Shown piece by piece: positions 45,975-56,028 of a stretch of DNA of 64,000 nucleotides (its first letter is position 1; the number at the start of each line of letters is the position of its first letter). The translations under genes were made by a program, and so were the position numbers. The notes below the pieces were generated by a model. The model ran no database searches. It was not told the origin of the DNA and saw nothing but the letters and a program-made list of their open reading frames with translations. Location of the stretch: sequence record NC_019929.1. The stretch is one strand, 5' to 3'.

Positions 45975-46862
45975 ATGGCAATCTATCAACCTTCGAAGGA
46001 CGTCATTCTGGCCGCCATCAATGCACAGAACTCCATCGCGGTTAAAGCGACAGACATTGTGTACAGTGCGCCGAAAGACATTCGTGGTACTGATAAAGGT
46101 AACACGACCAAAAAGAACACCCAGGTTAAAGTCACCGCCGACGGCGTTGTGGGGTCAACCTGGTCGGGCAAAAAGAACGTGTTTTACGACCGTCTCCAGA
46201 TTCAGGACTTGGTGGTGCTGATTGGTGACACGCTCTACATCGGACCGTCAAACAACCATCTTCAGGAAGCTATCCCTGCCCTGAACCTGCGTTATGGTTT
46301 TGTGTTTGAAGCGGGTGATTTGCAAGAAGCAGAAATCCTGTGGAACGAAGACAAAACGGCGGGCACGGTAAAAGTGAAAGCAGTTGAGACTTCACTGGGC
46401 TGGATTGGTGAGTACAACTTTAAAGTGGCGAAAGGTGACGAATCCCTGCCGTCGAAAGTGTCAACCAACACCCTGTCCGGTCTGAAATACCCGAATGGTC
46501 AGATGGGTTCCGAGACGGTCGCAGCCACCATTGCGCAGGTTTACTCGTACCCGTTCAACTTCACCGTGTACCACGACCTGTTCAAATCATTCACACCGGG
46601 TGTGTTGACGGGCGATGCCCTGACCAACTTCGTCAACGCGATGAAGGTCATCACTGGCGGATCGTGGGTTACCACCAACAACGCCACCTGGGGTCTGTCT
46701 GGTGCAGAAGTTACGTTCGTGGGCGACAACGACGCAGTTACCATGCCAACCAACAGCAAGTACAGCTTCGTGCTGGCGGTGAAACTGCCTGCGTCGCTGA
46801 CGGCGATGGTCGGTACGATGTACCTGCAATTCAACAAACCAGAAGACCCGAACGAGGTGTAA
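45975..46862 (+). CDS. Virion structural paralogue, family I, copy 6
   Basis: ILAAINAQN, YDRLQI, STNTLSGLKYP, GTMYLQFN. Confidence 0.75.
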   Translation: MAIYQPSKDVILAAINAQNSIAVKATDIVYSAPKDIRGTDKGNTTKKNTQVKVTADGVVGSTWSGKKNVFYDRLQIQDLVVLIGDTLYIGPSNNHLQEAIPALNLRYGFVFEAGDLQEAEILWNEDKTAGTVKVKAVETSLGWIGEYNFKVAKGDESLPSKVSTNTLSGLKYPNGQMGSETVAATIAQVYSYPFNFTVYHDLFKSFTPGVLTGDALTNFVNAMKVITGGSWVTTNNATWGLSGAEVTFVGDNDAVTMPTNSKYSFVLAVKLPASLTAMVGTMYLQFNKPEDPNEV

Positions 46863-46865
46863 TGT

Positions 46866-47711
46866 ATGGGACTCAACTACAGTAAGCCTTCTGACTTGCT
46901 GGTCTTCGATCTGTTAAACCGGGACAACCCCGGTTTACCGATTCCGGTGGATGCGAATAACGTCATCATCGAGAAGATTACGCAAGTGACGCCAGGCCCG
47001 GCCAATAACAACCGCAACACCCAGGCACGGTTACGTGGGGTACAGGGAATGGGGTTCCGCGATTCCCTGACCTTGTACTACGACCGTATCAGTTTGGCAC
47101 GGCTTATCCCTTGGTGGAGCTACGGTACAACTACACGTACCGCGTGCGGTATTACCAACTTCACAGCAGCGAACCTGCACGAACTCCTGCCATCCATTCT
47201 GGATACGTACGGTATTAACCTGCAACCCAAAGATGTGACCAATCAAAACTTTAGTGGTGTAGGCCAACCGAACTATAACTTCACCTACGCTTGTAATGCG
47301 TTGGCGACTTCGCCTGCGTATTTCAGCGGTTTCACCGGTTACCTGATGCGTGGTCTGCCGGTGCTGGATACGTCGATTACGATTGACACCTTGAACGTCA
47401 TGAAGCACCCGATTGGCATTGACACCAATCAGATGTGTGTGGACTTGATGACCTGGGGTATCGATTTCACGGCGTACAAGAACCTGCTGACGGTCACGTC
47501 GGGCGGTCTGCCAAACTGGGCAGGTCTACGTAACCTGTTGGACAGCCTGGGTGTGCCGAACTACGCTGCACCGATGAGTTCCAACACGGTGCAAGACGTC
47601 GCCACCACGGGGAACCAGTGGGCGAACAAAGACTACGACCGCGTGGTGATTCAAACCGGTATCGATGAGACCGGAGCGAAGGGTGTAGCCTACTATCACT
47701 ACAACAACTAA
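46866..47711 (+). CDS. Virion structural paralogue, family I, copy 7
   Basis: VFDLLNRDN, RNTQARL.G..G.GF, YYDRISL, GVAYYHYNN. Confidence 0.75.
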   Translation: MGLNYSKPSDLLVFDLLNRDNPGLPIPVDANNVIIEKITQVTPGPANNNRNTQARLRGVQGMGFRDSLTLYYDRISLARLIPWWSYGTTTRTACGITNFTAANLHELLPSILDTYGINLQPKDVTNQNFSGVGQPNYNFTYACNALATSPAYFSGFTGYLMRGLPVLDTSITIDTLNVMKHPIGIDTNQMCVDLMTWGIDFTAYKNLLTVTSGGLPNWAGLRNLLDSLGVPNYAAPMSSNTVQDVATTGNQWANKDYDRVVIQTGIDETGAKGVAYYHYNN

Positions 47712-47714
47712 ACC

Positions 47715-47741
47715 AAGGGCCTGCGGGCCCTTTCTTTTTTG
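47715..47741 (+). terminator. Intrinsic terminator
   Basis: AAGGGCC-TGCG-GGCCCTT plus T-tract. Confidence 0.8.
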
Positions 47742-47765
47742 TCGTAGGTGGGCTTAGGAGTCACT

Positions 47766-49184
47766 ATGCAATTCTATTCCAGTGCTGCGTTACAACTGAT
47801 ATACGACCAGGTGAACCGAGACAACCCGGATTTACCGGTAAAGCTTACCCAGGACGTCGCGGCACTCAAGAGTGGGCCGACGGCTAACTCTGCCAATGGG
47901 CGCAATACCCGTGCGGTATTTGTTGCCTATCCCGGTAAAGGGTACCGTGGTGAAATCACACTCTATTACGACCGTGTTAACTTAGGACAAATCTTTACCA
48001 CGACACTCCGCCCGCTTATCAGCCTGCCTACGACAGTGAAGACGTTAGCAGATGCGTTGCCGTATTTGAACGACTTGCTCGGGCTCAGTCTGACCGTTGA
48101 GGATTTACAATCCCCCACGATGGCCCTGGCTCCGGATACCACCGTTAAGAATACCCAGGCGGCGATTGTCTCCACATCACCAGCGTTTCAGGGTGGGGTG
48201 AATTTCTCGTACCAGGCAGAAGGGCTTGGCTATTACCCGAATTCAGGCCCAGGGCCAAAGACGCTCCGCGCGGGCAATACCTTGATGGGGTATTTCGGCA
48301 AGGTGGACGCGTCTGAACTGTATACGCACGCAGAGCTGTATAACCTGACACTGAAAGGTACACCGGCGACGCTGTATGCAGGAACCGAAGGGTGGTACAA
48401 GTTCTTTTATCAAGGCGGGATTATTTATCTACCGGTAACGCCACTCGCGTATAACGTTAACTGGTCTATCATCTATAACGCGGGGATAGCGTACGGTATC
48501 GAGGGTGTCGGCGCATACCCAACCGTCACACCGGTCAACCAGTCGAAGATTCTGACGAAGTCACTGCCTGAGGGCAAGTTCTATCTGCGTCCACGTTTAC
48601 CGACAGCCAGTGTGAAGGACCCGATGACCGCAACCACCGGCACACTGCCAATTGCAGAGTACGTCGGCAGTATCCTCGAGTTAATGTTGAAAGTGCGAGA
48701 CGGGACGTGGGAATCTAACACCGAAGGTCGGTGGAATGACTGGGCAGTGTTCCTGAACAGCATCGCCGGGACAACCGGTAGTTTTAAACTGGTGGTACCG
48801 CTGTCAAAGAACGGTACCAACGTCGTCAAAACCAATACCGCTACCGCTTGGTACTGGTGGCCGGTGTTAGAGTTGGTGGATACCAATACCACGTTATTGA
48901 AACTGGAAGACCTGACCGGAAAACTGGAAACCTCCTTTACCCCGATTGTGGCCAGCCGTGAACAGAAGTTCGCGTTAGCGCCTGCGGTGTTCAGTGGGCC
49001 GAAGACCACGTTGTTCCAGCCGGTTGTCACGACGCCAGAGAATAGCTTGGCTATTGCTCCACCGATTCCGCTGTTACCGAAGACTGTTGATTTCCGTCCG
49101 GTCGTTGCAACGGGCAGTCAGGTAGATGCACCAACCAAAATCAATCTTTCCTCCCTCAATGGCGAATTGAGCGGGTTTAATTAG
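47766..49184 (+). CDS. Triplet module 1, gene A: anchor domain + domain Y + Pro-rich spacer + NGELxGF tail
   Basis: 472 aa; YYDRVNL, SGPGPK..GN..GYFG, WWPVLEL, NLSSLNGELSGFN. Confidence 0.8.
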   Translation: MQFYSSAALQLIYDQVNRDNPDLPVKLTQDVAALKSGPTANSANGRNTRAVFVAYPGKGYRGEITLYYDRVNLGQIFTTTLRPLISLPTTVKTLADALPYLNDLLGLSLTVEDLQSPTMALAPDTTVKNTQAAIVSTSPAFQGGVNFSYQAEGLGYYPNSGPGPKTLRAGNTLMGYFGKVDASELYTHAELYNLTLKGTPATLYAGTEGWYKFFYQGGIIYLPVTPLAYNVNWSIIYNAGIAYGIEGVGAYPTVTPVNQSKILTKSLPEGKFYLRPRLPTASVKDPMTATTGTLPIAEYVGSILELMLKVRDGTWESNTEGRWNDWAVFLNSIAGTTGSFKLVVPLSKNGTNVVKTNTATAWYWWPVLELVDTNTTLLKLEDLTGKLETSFTPIVASREQKFALAPAVFSGPKTTLFQPVVTTPENSLAIAPPIPLLPKTVDFRPVVATGSQVDAPTKINLSSLNGELSGFN

Positions 49185-49196
49185 AGGTAAGACGCC

Positions 49197-50186
49197 ATGG
49201 CATTTATATTGCGCTGGACGAACCCAAACGCAATGAGCACGGTGATTAACATTTACCGTGACACCAAAGACATCCTCACCAGTGCCTTGCCTGCACCGAT
49301 TGCCACGTTAAGTAATGGCGAAACCGAATGGCGCGACACTACCGCACTGGGCGGGAAAACCTACTACTACCTGATGACCGTTACCGCTAACGGTAAAACC
49401 GTCGCTGGCCCTTCCACCCCGTATACCGTCGCGGTGAAACGCGGTATTGGTCCGAGTACCTTTATCCACGGGGACGACAAGCTGGGCTTTATGGGGGTGG
49501 TGCCGTACGAAGAACGTTTCGACGTTAACCAACTTCCTGCAACCTTCCTGTCCATGTTCCCAAACGCGTTCACCGATCGTCCTGTGTTGTTGAAGTTCAG
49601 CTACTACGGGAAGATTATTTACGTCCCGGAATTCTCTCCCTCTATTGGGTTTGCCAGTTGGGCAGCACTTTACACCAACGGGTTAATCTACGGACGTGAT
49701 GACAATGGCCCGGATGGGGGTTGGGGAACACTGACACCTACGAAGCAGGATGCCAAAGTTGTCCATAAAGGTGACATTTACCGGATGCGCGTACCACGGG
49801 GTATCGTGGGGCAGAACACACCAGAGGTATTAGCCTTTAATAACGATTTCCAGTTGAAAGACCATGACGCGGTTGACCTTGGTAACAACGAGTTCAACGA
49901 CTTGATGTACGCCATGGTACTGGACTTCCCAGTAAAGCAGCGTGCCATTAATGCCCACGTATACAGCTCAACGTATCTCGGTGCGGGTGGTGTAGTTAGC
50001 GCTAACCCGAATTTGAACGGTGGTACGGTGTGTATGGAGCACGACAGTGCAAGTGAGCGAGTGTTACATCGCGGACATTATATTACCGCAACGAACCAAT
50101 CGCAGCTCAGTCTAATGCAGCGTATCAACTACGTGACTCCGCAGCAGGCTGGCCGTTATCTTCCCATCTTTGAACTGGTAGAATAG
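49197..50186 (+). CDS. Triplet module 1, gene B: FN3-like domain + domain Y
   Basis: LRWTNPN..IYR..YYYL (FN3-like W/Y pattern), GIGP..HGD..GFMG, YLPIFEL. Confidence 0.8.
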   Translation: MAFILRWTNPNAMSTVINIYRDTKDILTSALPAPIATLSNGETEWRDTTALGGKTYYYLMTVTANGKTVAGPSTPYTVAVKRGIGPSTFIHGDDKLGFMGVVPYEERFDVNQLPATFLSMFPNAFTDRPVLLKFSYYGKIIYVPEFSPSIGFASWAALYTNGLIYGRDDNGPDGGWGTLTPTKQDAKVVHKGDIYRMRVPRGIVGQNTPEVLAFNNDFQLKDHDAVDLGNNEFNDLMYAMVLDFPVKQRAINAHVYSSTYLGAGGVVSANPNLNGGTVCMEHDSASERVLHRGHYITATNQSQLSLMQRINYVTPQQAGRYLPIFELVE

Positions 50187-50194
50187 GAGCAGTT

Positions 50195-51124
50195 ATGACC
50201 ATTCGTTTAAGCTGGGTTTCACAGGCCAGCAAAAACCTGACTGCTATCGAAATCTATCGTAAAGTTGGGTATGCAGCCACACTCGACGTGAATGCTCCTG
50301 GGACGCCGTATAAGACACTTTCTCCAACAGCCACAGAGTTTATCGAGAATGTGTCTGACGTGACGGAGAAGACCATCTACAGCTACTGGGTAGCAGGTGT
50401 GAAAGATACTGAACGTTTGTTCGGCGCACGGATCGTGCAAGGGTTCTTTTTGGATACTGGGCCAGGCCCACAAACCATTCTCCGTGGAGATTGGTACTGT
50501 GGTTACTTTGGACCGGTTTCTGCTGCGGACTTCTTTACGACCGCTGAAATAAAATCCCTGCTGCCTACAACGCAGGCAGCGATGTTCAGCAACGAACCAG
50601 GAACATGGCACAAGTTTATCTACCTGGGTAGGATTGTGTTCATACCGGCTTCGCAACATACCCAAGCCATTTTTTCTAACGCATACACCCGTGGAATGGC
50701 TTACGGTACCGATGACAACGGTACTATCGTCCCCACAGGCCAAACGGCAACGAAACAAGATGCCCGTATCGCGAAGAATGGCCGCACGTACCGTATTCGT
50801 TTACCTCGAGCTGATGCATACGACACTAAACTCGATGTTACCAACGGTGAGTGGTTCTCGACCATGGGTCGAATGTTTAACAACGCCAACGATTACTCGA
50901 AGGTGGTGGATGCGAATGGGGTAGGGCGTGGAAAATTTGGTGGGTTGGCATTGCTGGGCAATACCGCCAACCAAACCGATCCTGGTGCACAATGTTTAAT
51001 GCCGATGTATAGCGCCGGGACCGTGTTCTTTGCTTACGGTTACCGACCAGATTCGTGGACCACCACCTCATCGCTGAGTACGAACATCGGTATGAGTTTT
51101 GTGTTTGAATTAATCCTCCCGTAA
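50195..51124 (+). CDS. Triplet module 1, gene C: FN3-like domain + domain Y
   Basis: LSWV..IEIYR..YSYWV, TGPGP..RGDW..GYFG, FVFELILP. Confidence 0.8.
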   Translation: MTIRLSWVSQASKNLTAIEIYRKVGYAATLDVNAPGTPYKTLSPTATEFIENVSDVTEKTIYSYWVAGVKDTERLFGARIVQGFFLDTGPGPQTILRGDWYCGYFGPVSAADFFTTAEIKSLLPTTQAAMFSNEPGTWHKFIYLGRIVFIPASQHTQAIFSNAYTRGMAYGTDDNGTIVPTGQTATKQDARIAKNGRTYRIRLPRADAYDTKLDVTNGEWFSTMGRMFNNANDYSKVVDANGVGRGKFGGLALLGNTANQTDPGAQCLMPMYSAGTVFFAYGYRPDSWTTTSSLSTNIGMSFVFELILP

Positions 51125-51136
51125 TGGAGAACCACC

Positions 51137-52537
51137 ATGGGGTTTTACAGTGATACGTCGTTGGCACTGTTGTGTCAACAGATTCTCCGTGATAACCCCG
51201 GATTACCTTACCCGCTGACGAAAGACAATGTGCTTATCTTAAGCGGGCCTTTAACTTCCGGTTTAGGGACGAGTGGGCGTAACAGCCGCATTACCTTAAA
51301 CGGGAAGTTAGGGTCGGGTTTTTCTGGGCGTAAGGAGTTCTTTTACGATCGCCTGAAAATGGAATCCATTTATACCAGCCTGCTATCGACGCTGGTACTG
51401 ACGATGCCAAATGGCGTAGCGACCAATGCAGACTTGCTCCCCACTATCAACGATGCGTTGGGATTAGGGTTAGCGTCAACAGACTTAGCTGCCCCCAGTA
51501 CCACGTTAGGGTTAGGCCGTACACCAACCACTGCAACGCTGGCATTGGCCACTAACTGTCCGTGTTTTACTGGCACCCTCACCGTGCAGTGGCAACGCGG
51601 CAGTACCGCGATTTATCCCGATTCGGGCCCTGGCAGTAAAGTGATGTTGATGGGTGACTTGAACGAAGGTTACTTCGGGATGGTGACACAACAGGAACTG
51701 GCAAAAGGGGTGGATGTCTATGCTGCATTTGCTGAGGGGAAATCCTTAGGCACAGCAGGTGGGGTCGATACCGCAGATATGTTCTGGCTGAAGTTTGCGT
51801 TAGACGGCAAGATTTGTTATTTCCCGTCACGCAACATCGGTGCAAACATCACCTGGAATACCCTGGCTAATAACGGGGCAGCCCGCGGAGATGCCAAATA
51901 CCCGATAACCTTCGAAGCAGGTGATGGCAGTACCGTCTTTGCACAACTTCGCCTACCCAACATCAGCACCACCGAAGTTGTTAATCCGAGTCGTGGCGAT
52001 CCTACGTCCGACCCAGTGCGGTTGTTCAACAAAGTCCACAAACAGACATACGGCACCGGTGTCTGGGACGAACTCACCACCATTAACATGGCTGAGGTGT
52101 TCTGGTGGTTAAACCGATATGCGGCATCCAGTGGTAACTCGGCTGTTATCAGTCAGTTTAACATCGCCTCTGTTAACGCCAATGCCATTGTCAATACACA
52201 CAACTGGCGACCCATGCTGGTGTTGGTGGATGGGGAATTGGTACTGGTTCCTCTTCGGAATGTGCAGGGTGAACGCTATTCGGTGTTATCCGCGCCGGGA
52301 CTAACCTACGATCGTACTCCTGACCCGAAACAACTTACGCGTGTGCGGGATGTGAATGGTACGCTGGATAACCCGGTTAGGAAGCCTTGGTTGAACCCAG
52401 TGGGCAGTGCGCCATTAACGGCAGTGCATAACCTCGCCATTGTTCGCGGGTTAAAGCCTATCCATCCGCAAGTAAGTGTGACCATCAACACCAAGATTAA
52501 TCTGGCCACGGCCAACGGTGAATTAACCGGTTTCTAA
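51137..52537 (+). CDS. Triplet module 2, gene A
   Basis: 466 aa; FYDRLKM, SGPGSK..GD..GYFG, WRPMLVL, NLATANGELTGF. Confidence 0.8.
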   Translation: MGFYSDTSLALLCQQILRDNPGLPYPLTKDNVLILSGPLTSGLGTSGRNSRITLNGKLGSGFSGRKEFFYDRLKMESIYTSLLSTLVLTMPNGVATNADLLPTINDALGLGLASTDLAAPSTTLGLGRTPTTATLALATNCPCFTGTLTVQWQRGSTAIYPDSGPGSKVMLMGDLNEGYFGMVTQQELAKGVDVYAAFAEGKSLGTAGGVDTADMFWLKFALDGKICYFPSRNIGANITWNTLANNGAARGDAKYPITFEAGDGSTVFAQLRLPNISTTEVVNPSRGDPTSDPVRLFNKVHKQTYGTGVWDELTTINMAEVFWWLNRYAASSGNSAVISQFNIASVNANAIVNTHNWRPMLVLVDGELVLVPLRNVQGERYSVLSAPGLTYDRTPDPKQLTRVRDVNGTLDNPVRKPWLNPVGSAPLTAVHNLAIVRGLKPIHPQVSVTINTKINLATANGELTGF

Positions 52538-52549
52538 AAGGGCAAGTAT

Positions 52550-53587
52550 ATGTCTTTAAAACTCTCGTGGAACAACCCCAACGTTGTTCCTACCCGTGTC
52601 CGGATTTATCGGAAAGACACGGATTTCGATTCCAGCACGTTGCCCGCACCGTTAGTGGAACTGACGAACGGTGAAACCACCTGGATTGACCCGACCGCCG
52701 TTGATGGTAACAGTTACTATTACGTTCTCGGGTCAAAGACCGACACGGATGAGGTCTTCACTGCCAGCCAAAAGATTCTGGTGGCAGATAACCGGGGCGT
52801 CGGGTCGAGCACCATTCTGCACGGTGATGCATCGCTGGGTTACATGGACTCGATTCTGTCTGTGGATTTTGTTAACTCGTCAACCATTCTGGCAGCTGCC
52901 CTTAATGCGTCCGGTTTACCGGTTGCGCTGGTACAGCCGACATGGCACAAGTTCATTCGCAACAACAAAATCATCTATGTTCCTGACCAGCAATTCGGGA
53001 CGGCCTCTTTCCCGAATCTGTACCGTGCCGGGTTTGTCTACGGTACGGACTCTGTGGGGCCAGAAGGTTACCCAACAGCTGGTCTGGCAGCACCCGTAAA
53101 CCAGTTACGGATTATCGAGTTCAAAGGCCAGAAGTACAAAATCCGCCTGATGCGGGGCTGGAGTGACGGGGTGATTACTGACGTTAACAACTGGGCCAGC
53201 ACCGGTCAAAGCAACATGGATTTGGTGCCGGAGGCGCAGAACAACGAGTACAGTGACCTTATCTACTCACTGGCAAAATTCGTACCGTTAAAACAACGTA
53301 CGCCGAACTGGCTTAATCTGTCGGTTGACCCGTGGCTGGGCGCACCTTTGTCATCTTACGACAGTGCCACCATCAACAGCTGGCGTGCCACGTTCCGTGT
53401 TCTGTGTCAAGAACGGCGGGCAAACGGGAACATTTTTACGCGCAGTATGCGTGAGTGTACGCTGAACCAAAACCAGGGTAGCCCGAACTCGAAAGCGAAC
53501 TTGACGTACGTGTTTTTGGGCGATGTTAACCAGGCCACTATTTGGATTCCGGTACTGGAACTCGTTGAACAAACCGCCACACTGTAA
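52550..53587 (+). CDS. Triplet module 2, gene B
   Basis: LSWNNPN, RGVG..HGD, WHKF, WIPVLEL. Confidence 0.8.
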   Translation: MSLKLSWNNPNVVPTRVRIYRKDTDFDSSTLPAPLVELTNGETTWIDPTAVDGNSYYYVLGSKTDTDEVFTASQKILVADNRGVGSSTILHGDASLGYMDSILSVDFVNSSTILAAALNASGLPVALVQPTWHKFIRNNKIIYVPDQQFGTASFPNLYRAGFVYGTDSVGPEGYPTAGLAAPVNQLRIIEFKGQKYKIRLMRGWSDGVITDVNNWASTGQSNMDLVPEAQNNEYSDLIYSLAKFVPLKQRTPNWLNLSVDPWLGAPLSSYDSATINSWRATFRVLCQERRANGNIFTRSMRECTLNQNQGSPNSKANLTYVFLGDVNQATIWIPVLELVEQTATL

Positions 53588-53598
53588 GGGAGGCTGGC

Positions 53599-54483
53599 AT
53601 GGGTATTAAACTCAAGTGGGACGATCAGTCGGCCCAGAATCTGGACGGGATTGAAATCTACCGTTCAGCCACAAAGATTGACAGCAACAATCCCGGTGCC
53701 CCACTGGCCACGATTGCCGGTAGCGCAACAGCGTACGAAGACAACAGTGTTCTGAACAAGTCACTGTATTACTATCGTATCCTGGCGAAGAAAGGCACGG
53801 ACAAAGCCTGGTCAGAAAATATCCTGGCCGGGTATTTCGCAGAAACGGGGCCGGGTAACCCAACGCCATTACGTGGCGATTGGAATGCTGGGCTGATGGA
53901 CACTGTGCTGCCGCAGGATCTTATCACCAATGCGGCACTACGGGCGAAGGTGCCATCGTTGGCAGCACTCAGTGGCGCTGCGGAACCTGGTGCTTGGTAT
54001 AAGTTCTGTTATAAAGGGACCGTGTTCTTCTGCCCCAGCGCATCCATCGTTACCGCGAGTTGGTCACAGTTATATTCGGCTGGTTTGGTCTACGGGACAG
54101 ACGATGTGGGTGTGTCACCTTCCGGGCCAACAGGGACTGTCAAACAACGGACAGTGGTGAACATCAACGGGCTGAACTATATTCTGCGGTTACCACGCAT
54201 GTCGACCTTGCCGTTAAACCAGTACGTGGTTAATCAGGCTGACACGCTAGGCAGTGAGTGGCGCGACACCGTTGCGCGTTTAGTTGCAGACGGGGTAGAC
54301 ACTTCACCGGGAAGCCGGACTCGCCTGTTTGATTTGGGTTCCTTCGCAAATGCGTTGGGGCCACACCTCAATACCAACGTTAACGTGGCAGGGGTGACCT
54401 CTACAAAACCTGAGACATTGGTTGCTTACAACAGCGGTGCTTCGGTTGCGCAAACTTTGGTGTTAGAACTCATCATGCCTTAA
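53599..54483 (+). CDS. Triplet module 2, gene C
   Basis: LKWDDQ, TGPG..RGDW, WYKF, LVLELIMP. Confidence 0.8.
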   Translation: MGIKLKWDDQSAQNLDGIEIYRSATKIDSNNPGAPLATIAGSATAYEDNSVLNKSLYYYRILAKKGTDKAWSENILAGYFAETGPGNPTPLRGDWNAGLMDTVLPQDLITNAALRAKVPSLAALSGAAEPGAWYKFCYKGTVFFCPSASIVTASWSQLYSAGLVYGTDDVGVSPSGPTGTVKQRTVVNINGLNYILRLPRMSTLPLNQYVVNQADTLGSEWRDTVARLVADGVDTSPGSRTRLFDLGSFANALGPHLNTNVNVAGVTSTKPETLVAYNSGASVAQTLVLELIMP

Positions 54484-54493
54484 TGGAGGGGTT

Positions 54494-56017
54494 ATGGGGC
54501 TTTATAACAAGACGTCCCTCGAACTGTTGTGCCAACAAATCGAACGGGACAATCCCGCAACCGCGGGTCAACTTGACGCGGCGTCGATACTGGTGCTCAG
54601 CGGGCCCTTAACCACTGGTCTTGGAACAAGCGGGCGCAATGCCCGCATTATCCTGAACGGTCGTTTAGGAAATGGTTTTATCGGAAAGAAGGAATTCTTT
54701 TACGACCGTTTAAACATTGGACAAATGTTCAAAGGCATCACAGTGGTGTTTCAGGCAGAGGGGTCGTCTAAGACGTACGCCGATTTACTGCCCGCGCTGA
54801 ATGCGCAATATGGATTGGGGTTAGCGGCGGCAGACATTGCCAACGCCACCACCAAACTCCCTTATGGCTACGCGCCAACACAGCTCACGTTAACCATCGC
54901 TGCAACGTCCCTGGCGTATACGGGTACGTTGTCAGTGACCTGGTCACGGAAACCGGTGGGTGTCTTCCCGGAATCTGGCCCAGGTTCGAAGGTCATGCTT
55001 ATCGGGGACATGAATGAGGGCTATTTCGGGGTTGTGACCGAAGCCGAGTTGTTCAGCCCAGTGGAAGTCCTCAGTCAACTGAACGAAGGGCGTACTGAGC
55101 CTTACGGGACGTTACAGGCCATGCCAACCAGTCGGTTTTGGTATAAGTTCGCACGCGATGGGAAAATCTTCTATCTCGCGAACTACAACCAAATCAGTAT
55201 TCGCTGGCAGGAGTTGTACCGCTTGGGGGGTATCTACGAAACGGATACGCCAGACAATAAACAGTTCCCGCCCGATGGGGTGCTGTCTCGTCAAAAGAGC
55301 GTGTTGAAGAAGAAGGAAAATGGGCGCGATTGGTATCTCTCTCCAACCGCACCGAAACTCGCGGGGAGTGACCCGTGGGAGTACGCCGGAGTAAACCAAA
55401 CCCCTGACCCAGGTGGGGACGTTGCGAGACTGTTTGCAAAGGTTGTACCATCGGGTGGTTTCGCCACCGGGGAATGGGATGGTCAAATCATCAATGCTGA
55501 CGGGTTCTGGATGTCCACGACATCACAAACCTCGCCTGCAAATGCATACGGCAGTAGCATGATCGGTGCCAACCAGGGTCAGTACAATAAAACCAACTTT
55601 GTTGGGGGCTGGCGACCGTTCCTGGAACTGGTTGATGTAACCAAAATCGCATTAGGCTTGAACCCGTTCAGTGGGGTACCGGAAGGGGTGTTAAGAAAAC
55701 CTCTGGTCTCCATCAGTCCAGAAGTGACGGATGTGTTGTTAACCCTGAGTGATGTGAAGTGGGAACAAAACGGGGCATTGCGCATTCCGTTAGTGTCGCA
55801 GACATTGCAACCGTTACAAATGACCACGTATTTTGGCTGGACGCGGTTACTTCGTCCGGCTCTCGTGACGGTAAAGCATGAGCCGATACGTAACGTCAAC
55901 CAGGTAGGGTGGACTCGCCCTCTCCGGCGACCTGTCGCGGCACTGACCGTGGACTACAAGGAATCAACAGCCTTTAACTTAGCCAACGCCAACGGTGAGC
56001 TAAACGGCTTTAAATAA
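54494..56017 (+). CDS. Triplet module 3, gene A
   Basis: 507 aa; FYDRLNI, SGPGSK..GD..GYFG, GWRPFLEL, NLANANGELNGFK. Confidence 0.8.
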   Translation: MGLYNKTSLELLCQQIERDNPATAGQLDAASILVLSGPLTTGLGTSGRNARIILNGRLGNGFIGKKEFFYDRLNIGQMFKGITVVFQAEGSSKTYADLLPALNAQYGLGLAAADIANATTKLPYGYAPTQLTLTIAATSLAYTGTLSVTWSRKPVGVFPESGPGSKVMLIGDMNEGYFGVVTEAELFSPVEVLSQLNEGRTEPYGTLQAMPTSRFWYKFARDGKIFYLANYNQISIRWQELYRLGGIYETDTPDNKQFPPDGVLSRQKSVLKKKENGRDWYLSPTAPKLAGSDPWEYAGVNQTPDPGGDVARLFAKVVPSGGFATGEWDGQIINADGFWMSTTSQTSPANAYGSSMIGANQGQYNKTNFVGGWRPFLELVDVTKIALGLNPFSGVPEGVLRKPLVSISPEVTDVLLTLSDVKWEQNGALRIPLVSQTLQPLQMTTYFGWTRLLRPALVTVKHEPIRNVNQVGWTRPLRRPVAALTVDYKESTAFNLANANGELNGFK

Positions 56018-56028
56018 CAGGTGGAAAC

